A stretch of 64,000 bases of DNA from Octopus sinensis (taxonomy: Eukaryota), in the NCBI RefSeq assembly GCF_006345805.1, contig NC_043009.1, forward strand, positions 33,170,001 to 33,234,000, in the 5' to 3' direction. Under the pieces are notes generated by a model. The model was given only the letters and a program-made list of their open reading frames with translations. It was not told the origin of the DNA and made no database searches. Within the stretch, counting starts at the first letter, position 1; the number at the start of each line of letters is the position of its first letter. Shown piece after piece: positions 54,088 through 64,000 of this stretch. Both the position numbers and the translations under genes were made by a program.

Positions 54088-54278
54088 CTGAGAGATAGAG
54101 AGAGTGAGAAGTTTTATCTATGTCTCTGTATATATATATATATATGTATATGAGATGTGCATATGTGCTTGAGTCTTTGTACGCAAGCATGCGTGTAGGA
54201 TGGAGGTACGTGTAGAAGTGTACGTTTTATACAAATATACCTATGTAAGTGGCTACATAAATATATGTATGTACGTAT

Positions 54279-54325
<47 letters not shown>

Positions 54326-54401
54326 GATAGATAGATAGATATAGTACGTTTAAATATTTGTTGTGCAAGATTTTTTATGTGAAGTCGTGTGTTGAAACAG
54401 A

Positions 54402-56061
54402 TATTGTTATATTTCGGAATGGTCATATTGCCAGTTTAGCCAATAAAAACACACGCACTATATATTTGGTGTTATTTTGCTTCAGTGATATTTATTTTTT
54501 ACATTAATCTTAATCTTATTTCGGCCAAAGTTCTTTCGTCACACTCCTGTGACCGCATCAGTGGTCCTTTGTTTTCTTCTCACTTACTTGTGTCTCTCCT
54601 TACTAACCGTCAGCCATTTTGTATTTCTATTGTATGTCTTCATTTGCGCATGCTTATATCTCTATGTGCGTCTATGCTTATTTAGTGTGTGGGGGGGGGA
54701 TGCCTGTAATATTTGTATCTTCTGGTTATATACATTCTTGTAATTTGTATTTTGTTTTTTTGTGTTGTTGCTTTTGTTCTAATTTTGTTCATGTGTTTAC
54801 ATCCACCCATTATTATCATTACATATGCTTGTATGTATGTATAACAACAATATTAGTAATAATAATAAAAATCTAATCGAAAAAAAAAAAAAGAATATAT
54901 ATATACATAATATATATATATATATATATAATATATACATATACATATATATACATATATATATATATATATACATATATACACACATAATACACATATA
55001 CACTATACATATATATACACATATACATATATATAGATATTCATTTCCATTTCTTTAATACCTGTGTATTTATTATGTTTGCAGGATCCACTATTGTCAT
55101 ATGTTGTGGTGTGCGCTATTGCTCCATTCTAGTTTTCTATTCAGGCTAGGTTTATTTTCTATTATATGTGTAGCTTCTGTAATTTGTCTAATTGTTGCAT
55201 CTGTTCTATGTGTGGACAATATCTTAATATCTATGTTATTGATTGATCCCCCGTGTTCTTGTTCGGCGTGTTGGTACAGAATCGATGAGCTTTTACCTTC
55301 CTTGAGTTGTCTCCAATGTTCATTCACCCGCTCACCAATGCTTCTTGCTGTTTCCCCGACGTATGTTACTGTCTTGTTACTGCATCGTCCCTCTATACAT
55401 CTTATACTATAGACCACATTTCTGGCTTTACAGTTTGTTTGTGGGCTAAATCTACATACAGTGCAATAGTTATCCGTACAGAGAGTTCTACTAAAAGGAT
55501 AGGTTCTACCAATTATAGATCTGATAGGGTTGCCTGGCTTTTCAACAACCTTAATTCTTAGTTTAAGTTTATCTAGGGTCTTTCGATTAGATTTATTATT
55601 ATTATTACTAATATTGTTGTTATACATACATACAAGCATATGTAATGATAATAATGGGTGGATGTAAACACATGAACAAAATTAGAACAAAAGCAACAAC
55701 AACAAAAACAAAATACAAATTACAAGAATGTATATAACCAGAAGATACAAATATTACAGGCATCCCCCCACACACACACTAAATAAACATAGACGCACAT
55801 AGAGATATAAGCATGCGCAAATGAAGACATACAATAGAAATACAAAATGGCTGACGGTTAGTAAGGAGAGACACAAGTAAGTGAGAAGAAAACAAAGGAC
55901 CACTGATGCGGTCACAGGAGTGTGACGAAAGAACTTTGGCCGAAATAAGATTAAGTTTAATGTAAAAAATAAATATCACTGAAGCAAAATAACACCAAAT
56001 ATATAGTGCGTGTGTTTTATTGGCTAAACTGGCAATATGACCATTCCGAAATATAACAATA
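54402..56061 (-). mobile_element. 5'-truncated Penelope-like element with ~480-bp inverted arms
   Basis: 54402-54882 and 55581-56061 are reverse complements with about 7 small differences. They enclose a (TA)n tract and the GIY-YIG ORF. Confidence 0.85.
55097..55590 (-). CDS. PLE GIY-YIG endonuclease domain with Cys-rich linker (truncated; the annotated Met at 55639 comes from the inverted arm)
   Basis: KVVEKPG...PF...C-x4-C-x2-C...C...NVVYSIRC...YVGETARSIGERVNEH...LYQHAEQEH...IRQITEATHI...LNRKLEW. The split GIY-YIG motif, catalytic Arg, Glu and Asn, and the PLE-type His residues are all present, with no internal stops. Confidence 0.9.
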
Positions 56062-56086
56062 GATAGATATACATATACGTATATAC

Positions 56087-56265
56087 ATGGTTTTAATATT
56101 GCATTTGCTTAAAATGTTACGACCTTTGATGCTCCATTCAGACTGGTGAAATTGATGGTGGTTAATGTTCATCGTCTGTAATTTCGGAATTGGTTTTCAT
56201 TCGTTGAGTGCTCAACTACCGGTGAAGTAGTAAAGGCATCTATATGACTCACGTCGTGAACATCT
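56087..56265 (-). repeat. Inverted copy of 53118-53292
   Basis: About 19 differences in ~177 bp by hand alignment; the first ~75 bp have only 3. Confidence 0.85.
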
Positions 56266-56320
56266 AAAAAAAATATATATATATACAGAGAGAGAGAGAG
56301 AGAGAGAGAGGCAGATAGAT

Positions 56321-56379
<59 letters not shown>

Positions 56380-56576
56380 GTACGTATGTATGTGTGTATG
56401 TATGTATGTATGTTTGTGTTTGTATAATATGTATATATGTATATAAATACGTATGTATGTATGTATGTAGATAGGTAGGTAAGTAGGTAGGTAGGTAGGT
56501 AGGTAGGTAGGTAGGTAGGTAGGTAGGTAGGTAGGTAGGTTGGTAGGTAGGTATGTTTGCATGTGTGTGTGTCTCT

Positions 56577-56912
56577 GAAACCGCATGGCTCAGTGGTCAG
56601 AGAATCGGGCTCACAATCATGAGGTAATAAGTTCGATTCTTGGATTCTGCTGTGTGTTGTGTTCTTGGGCAAGACACTTTATTTTACGTTGCTCCAGTTC
56701 ACTCAGCTGCAGAAATGAGTTGTGACGTCACTGGTGCCAAGTTGTATCGGCCCCTTTGCCTTTCCCTTGGATGACATCGGTGGCATGGAGAGGCGAGCTG
56801 TTATGCAAGGATGACTGCTGGTCTTCCATGAACAACCTTGCCCGGACTTGTGCTTCGGAGGGTAACTTTCTAGGAGCAATCTCGTGGTCATTCATGACCG
56901 AAGAGGGTCTTT
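56577..56912 (+). mobile_element. tRNA-derived SINE (head 2, CORE-like, tail d)
   Basis: GCATGGCTCAGTGGTCAGAG (A box), AAGTTCGATTCTT (B box) and TTCTTGGGCAAGACACTTTATTTTACGTTGCTCCAG. Confidence 0.85.
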
Positions 56913-57567
56913 ATGTGAGTGTGTGTGAGTGTATGCGTGTGTGTTATGTGTTTGTGTGTGTTTGTGAGCGTGTGCGTATTTATATGTGTGCTTCTGTGTG
57001 TGTGCTTGTGTGTGTGTTCCTCTGTGTGTGTGTGTATGTGTGTGTGTCTGCCAAACTGTAATTATTTGATAGAAAACGCACAAACCAGCGGCAATCAAAA
57101 TAACGGAGTGCACATTTATATTTAACACGCTCGCATGAATCAGATCGGTGAATGACGTCTGATTCAGGGTAAAATTTCTCGTCATAGACTTCGTGTATGT
57201 ATACATAGATACACATACATTTATATGTGTGTGTGTGTCTATGCGTGTGCGTGCATGTGAGTGTGTATGTGTTTGTGTGCAGGCTCTTTTAAAATTCAAT
57301 AAATAATATTTTCTGCTTAATCGATAAGAAAATCAACAGTAAATCAGTACATACATGTTCCGATTTCCCTAAATAAATGGGGAAGAAATATACAGACCCA
57401 GTTTTAGAAGTCAATAAAAAGGGAGGACCTCGTGGAGATCGATCTTACATCATCTTTGTTGTCATGCTTTGTGTCATTATTGATTTTTACATTGGATTTA
57501 TATATCTGTGCAAAAACATTTGGAAGAAGTGAGCATATATATTCACTCAAATATATACATATATATT

Positions 57568-57599
<32 letters not shown>

Positions 57600-57739
57600 A
57601 TATATATATATACATACATATACATATATAAACATATATATACACACACATATATATATATAAGCAGATATATATATATATATTCATACACATACATATT
57701 CGTACAAATATAAACACATCCTCACGCACACATATTTAC

Positions 57740-57811
<72 letters not shown>

Positions 57812-58180
57812 TATGCATACATCTATATCCGCATACAGATATTCACACATATATGTAGCATATATTTATTTATCTATGCACGTACACAGATATTTATAAA
57901 CACATGCATTCAAACATACGCGTGTAATACATTATAACTGAATATACATACATCCGTATGTGTATGCACGTGTATGTGTGTATACATGTGTTTATACATA
58001 CATATACTATCCAAAATCACACGCAGAACCTAATATATAAATGTCTGCCATTACTTCGACACGTACAGAGTTATAAATATATGTGCACATTCAAAAGAAA
58101 CGCCACTAGATAGACATACATCTAGATATAGCCATAAATGTAGCAATATATATAGAGAGAAAGAGTTTGAAGAGATATAG

Positions 58181-58233
<53 letters not shown>

Positions 58234-58242
58234 CGTACGTGC

Positions 58243-58309
<67 letters not shown>

Positions 58310-60585
58310 AGCCAGTTGTATTAAGACAAACATGGCAAAGTTGGTGAGACATTAACGGAATTAGACTTACCATGTCTTTTATCTATTTCTATCGAAGACA
58401 TTTGATTATGAGATGGGTTGTCATAGAATGAGAGGAAATGATGCAGTTCTCTTTATTGCTTCTACTGAAATGCAACAGTGCTATGCACTGTGATCAAAAC
58501 TCAACAGGCAGGAAATACGATTTTGCCCTGATATTAGACACTTTATTCCAAATGAAATTCATTTTGGCACCTTAAGTCTTCATTGAACACTGTGCTGAAT
58601 AGTAGCTGATATTTTAGAGCCGGCGTCGAGTCCATAAAATTATTAATGTATCCATCGAGTTGCGATTTGGTTCAAATTTAGAAAAGATGGATTTACCGAA
58701 CTACTATTTCAACATTTATGCTTTGTCTTTATTAATTTGGTTGCGTATCGTTGGTGCATGTTAAATAATGTTATGCACATGAGTTGAGTTAAAGTATTAG
58801 AAATATATTTCAATCTTGGCAACACAGCACAGATTGAAAACAAATAAGGGCTTCGTTATTTTGATTTTGGGGTCAAAATTTTCTTATTAAATCGATGGAA
58901 ATCGATCCGAGAATAGAATTTATGAAAAGTAAAATGTTTAGCTAAATCAATGAAACTTTATAAATGTTTTTACTATATTCAACAAAACTTTTTAAATAAC
59001 ATAGATTTCTATGAATACTTCATGAAAATATTCGGCTAACGTCTACTCGCAATATAGACGAACGCTACAGAATCTGATGAATTGCTTCGCTGTATTTGTT
59101 GTGGATCTTTACATTCTGAGTTCAAATCCTACCTTGCCTTTCATCATATCGAGATCGATAAATTTCACATCAACCTAGGACGGTGTGTTAGCGGAATTGC
59201 TAGCGTGTTAGACAAAATGGTTCATACATTGTTTTCTATGAGACCAGGTAGGTGAAAGCGAACTCGACTTAGTCTGGTCTACAATGTGATGTGATGTAAT
59301 AAATAGGCAGACGAAAGCTACAGTTGTATTCTATTGAGGAATCTCTCTGACAGTCACATTGCGCGTGTCAAGGTGTTTCTGCTAGTCGTTTGTCGACCAC
59401 AGTGCACGTGAAAATAAAAAAAAAATTAAGTAAATCGTTTACATATTTTAATAGAACATTTCAAATCCTTTGAAACTGAAGTCAGTTTGTAGAATTTATC
59501 AACATCGAATTGCTATCCATAAGGAATTGTGACTTAGTAGCATGTACCATGGTTTCGCTGATTGCTGTGGGTACCTGTGTGATTGCAAGAAGACGTGAAC
59601 ACCCACTTAGCCCTCTTTACCTTTGCCCTAGCAGATGATCAAGGATATGATAGTTAGAGGAAGGAAAGGCCACATCAATGGTTCACATAATAGATGAGTA
59701 GACTCGAGTTGCGGAAATGAAGTGCCTTTCTCCCGGACATAATATGTTGTCCAGTCCCGGAATTGAACGTATAGTCTTATCATCATAAACCGAACAGCTA
59801 AACATCAGGCTACGTGCCACCACTTGTAGTTTTTATCAAAAATATGAAGTTGCCTGTCCCAAAAGTTGTTTTTTTTTCTTAATATTCTGGTTAACGACGG
59901 AAGGAGACACCTCAGAGATCCCCCAAGAATATGGAAACACGGGAGAAAGTTACCTTCAAACCAAAGACCTGACCCATATTACTGTAAAAAAGTAAGTCAC
60001 GTTAAAGGAACCCAGAAATAAGTAGAGTTGGCTCTAAACCAAGCAAAAGATTGTGTTCAGCACAAAATGATAGCATCGCGTATTCCAACCTTCGCTACAC
60101 AGTCTGTCTTTGCCAATAGGTCAATCGTAAGAATTTAGTCTGTATGGACCACAGTAAAAGACAGCTTCTCAAGGTCCTACACTCTGGGATTGAACCCGAT
60201 ACCTCGTAACTGGCTGCGATCAACAAACTTTAGAAGAACTTGTAAATGAATAAATTCAGTACTTAATTTCTTGTGGTTCCATTCTGAAATAACACCATTC
60301 TATCATTCACCAGTTACCTCTTGCGTATATGTGTGTATACGCGTGTAAGTGTGTGCATGTATGCATGTATGTATGTATGTACGTATGCATGTGTGAATGT
60401 ATCTATGTATGAATGTATGTAGGTATGAATGTATGTGTGCGTGTGTGTATGTGTGTATGTGTATGCGCGCGCGCTTGAAATTAGTTTCCAATGTGATAAT
60501 GTCACCTATAATTTAGGAATATAGTTTTAATTTCCCTTGATATAAAAGTTATTTCAAATAACGGAGACTAAAACAAATTATGAGC

Positions 60586-60641
<56 letters not shown>

Positions 60642-60683
60642 GACGACGATGATGATGATGACGACGACGGCGACGACGATGGT

Positions 60684-61013
60684 GATGAAGTGAGATTGTT
60701 ATGGGACTTTTCTATACAAATTAAGGACAGAAAAATAGAATGCGTCAACTCAGATGACATAAAAAAGAAACAATGTATTATAGTCGACTCGGCAAGGGGG
60801 CCGTTTGATACCGAAGCCAAAAGAAAGGGAAAAGAAGGGGGGTAGAGTTTTATACCAACTTCAAGTGGGAAACGCTCGAATGTTAGAACACAGAAATGAA
60901 CAAGTTTAAGATAATGCTGATAATTATAGTAATCCCTCGACTATCGCGGGTGTTACGATTCACAACCTCCGCGATAGGTGAAAATCCGCGAAGTAGAAAC
61001 AGTACCGTATATC

Positions 61014-61079
<66 letters not shown>

Positions 61080-61300
61080 TTATAATTTCTATATATTTAT
61101 TTTATTATAAATGCAAAACAACACCACAGAGGAATCGACGTAAGCTTCAATAATAGGTGAACCGCGATAACTGAACCGCGATAGGCAAACTGTGATGGGC
61201 GAACCGCGATAGGTGAACCGTGATAGGTGAACCGCGATATGGCGAGGGATTACTATATTGGGATCCTAGATACAGTGAGAAAAACATAACTGAGAACAAA
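60684..61300 (+). mobile_element. Third R4/Dong-like endonuclease remnant after (TAA)n/(GAC)n, interrupted by a MITE
   Basis: EVRLLWDFSIQIKDRKIE...KKKQCIIVDSA matches the RLE pattern ILWDF-IQTDR-I---PD---K-C-IID-A. A KWE motif follows, and KIMLII|IGILDTVRKT is rejoined across the MITE. Confidence 0.7.
60927..61255. mobile_element. Tigger/pogo-like MITE with TA target-site duplication
   Basis: TIRs TAGTAATCCCTCGACTATCGCGG and CCGCGATATGGCGAGGGATTACTA; TA at 60925-60926 and 61256-61257; internal (TTA)n and repeated GAACCGCGATAGGT units. Confidence 0.85.
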
Positions 61301-61525
61301 TCTTTAAAAATTTGATTTTCACTTATGATTCGGTGCGATGCTGAAAACATGTCTTTGAGAAGAATTATCCAAAAAGTCTTGAAAGAAATTATATGAAGCA
61401 GAAAACAAGAACTTTAACAGAGGAGGTATAAAATTGCTCCTCTCCTTAGACCAGCCATGGGCAAACTGTCACCTCCGACACTTTTTCAATGGCACAAGAA
61501 AGAAATTACTTTGAATTTTTTTTAG

Positions 61526-61603
61526 CAGTACGGCTTTCCTGATGATGAGCGACCCGTTTCTCAAAAATGGTTGCACAAGCCTGTCCTTGAGCATGGGTTG
61601 TAG
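61526..61603 (+). CDS. Possible terminal coding exon (QYGFPDDERPVSQKWLHKPVLEHGL*)
   Basis: T-run acceptor TTTTTTTAG|CAG, a 26-codon frame to TAG, and AATAAA ~320 nt downstream. No homology recognised. Confidence 0.2.
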   Translation, partial: QYGFPDDERPVSQKWLHKPVLEHGL

Positions 61604-62451
61604 TTAGACAGGACTGCTTATAAAGCGATGTGTCAAACGAAAGTATCTTGCGGTATTTATTGCTCCCAAATAGCACAGTCACTCCCTTGTCACTCGCGGA
61701 ATTGGAAATACAATGATCCAGGTCCCTATTCATTGGAATCCGGTAGCAAATGATACTGTTTTTGACAAAATCATTTTATTTCCGTTTCCTGCAACACAAC
61801 ACGTCAGTTGTGTGGTTACAGTTGCATATCAGATTACCAAAGACATTGTAAGTCATTTTGTACAACCATCTTCCATTCCTAGAGGAATGTTAACAAAATA
61901 TGTCACATAACAAAAAAAATAATAAAATAAGTCACGATTTGTAAACGAGTCTCCAATCAACCGATCATATATTCACAATTAGTCACCTATGACAAATCTT
62001 AAGCAGTCACAAAATGTCTTATCTCGTTAAACATCATAATTTCCATTATAAGACACAACAACCAGTGTCAGATTATGAGTTTGTGATAATACATTCTCAC
62101 TGTCTTCCTAATGAAATTATGTCTGCCAAAGTTTGTGAAAAATACAGAAAAACATTTCTCAAAATATTTAAGAAATACCAAGATATATCTGTGTATTGGA
62201 GTCATAGTTCTGTGATGAGATTCTTTGATGTATCTTCAGAATTTTTATATGTGCCAACTTCCTATAACACTAATTGGCAGAAAATTATGGCATTTTCTAA
62301 TTTTCCAAACACAAAACAGAAAACTTAAAAAATCTTTGCATCTTTTTGGAAAAAAAAATACAGCCATTCATTCGAACATAACTAAATTCTTTTACATATA
62401 AACACTCATATTTCCTCGCTTCCTCTCTCTCTCTCTCCTTCTCACTCTCTG

Positions 62452-62518
<67 letters not shown>

Positions 62519-62734
62519 TATGCTTATATATCTATATATACGTATAGGTATATATACATATATTCTCACAAATAGATCTATATCACAGTATACTCTCAAT
62601 ATACACACATACACAGACGTGCACACACCTGCGCATAGACACACACACAACAAATATCTACAGGTTCATCTATACATACACATACAAACATATATATGTA
62701 TATATATATATATATATATATACACAATATATAC

Positions 62735-62870
<136 letters not shown>

Positions 62871-63442
62871 ATGTATACATATATATATATACATATATAT
62901 ATATATACAGAAAAAGAGCGAGTATGTATGTTACCAGGAGGGATGGTGAAGAAAAACAAAATAGATTTCATTTTTTGCAAGTGACTAAAATATTTTTATA
63001 TTTTCTCCACGTTTCTTTATGTTTAACTCCCAGCTAAGTGTAATGTGCAGGAAATTTCTAAACACCACACATCACATACACTTTCAAATTACACACACAA
63101 ATAACTTTAATATTTTATAAGCTTCTGCTAAAGAAAGGTTAAACCTTCACTACCAACTAATATACTTAACCATGTAAATCTATATTAACATTTTTTTTAT
63201 ATATCACCTAAACGAGAAGAGAGAATAATATGTTTTAAATAATAATTTTGAAACAGGTAATATGGGTGAAATGAGTAAAATTGGATCCTCTTTCTGCTAT
63301 TTTGTCTTCTGCATATTTTTTTCTTGAAATCCTACAAAAATTTAAGCGTTTAACATCTTATTATGGGAGCCCTAATAATACTTCACAGTTGAGTGGTTAC
63401 CACTGAAAGGACTGTTCGTTCAACGGCTTTGTACTTTGCCCC

Positions 63443-63476
<34 letters not shown>

Positions 63477-64000
63477 CGCGCGTTTTCTTTTAGGGTTTCA
63501 TATTACTTGAGAATCTTGATGTACATCCGAAAGCCTTCTGCTTCAGTCTGATTTGCTACAGAGTTGCGCAGTGACATTGCGTGGTCCCTTCAGTGGGTCT
63601 CCCCTTTCATCACTCACGATATTGTTCAAGAGAAAGATAGGGGTCGAAGCACTTTGGTCCCTACGTTGTTGCAGGAATTGCCAAAACTATGCAACAGTGC
63701 CTTAGGGACTCACGCTAATGAGTTATAGTTGATTGAATCAACTCCATTATGTGACTGGTACATGGACTGTTTTATCAACCTAAGAAGGATGAAAAGTAGT
63801 GCTGACCTCGGCGGGATTCGAAGGTTGGGAAAAGATGGAACAAATTGCACAAGTCATTTTGTTCTACGCACCAACGCTTCTGCCATCAACCACCTGTGTT
63901 TCCCTCTGATATCTTACAATCTGCTGGCTAAAAATGTTCAAATATATTTTCATTAATGTTTACTTACAAAAATAAAACAAAAATTATTTTTATTTTCCAA

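Noticed and set aside
59900-60000. Two open frames ending at AAAAAA|GTAAGT
   Set aside because: The donor is good, but the acceptor is ambiguous and neither peptide is recognisable.

Overview
Strongly AT-rich, microsatellite-saturated animal DNA. The interspersed repeats match families I recall from Octopus (coleoid cephalopod) genomes; this is recall, not a database search. The window looks like intron or intergenic sequence, with no complete protein-coding gene, rRNA, bona fide tRNA or CRISPR array, and almost all ORF-track entries are translated microsatellites. Supported content: (1) many tRNA-derived SINEs of several head/tail combinations; (2) three 5'-truncated R4/Dong-like retrotransposon fragments (restriction-like endonuclease C-terminus), each directly after a (TAA)n-type tract; (3) Penelope-like element (PLE) remnants, namely a GIY-YIG endonuclease ORF between 480-bp inverted arms and an RT-thumb fragment; (4) an RTE LINE 3' remnant; (5) a Tigger/pogo-like MITE and Lep1/DINE-like rolling-circle-type elements; (6) a few isolated candidate exons. 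The most interesting signal is a set of minimal hammerhead-ribozyme-like motifs from several short repeat families. One has the compensatory U3-A8 core and sits at the apex of a 320-bp foldback. One dispersed family has a non-canonical position 6 with a covarying helix I. These motifs recur inside inverted-repeat or tandem architectures.
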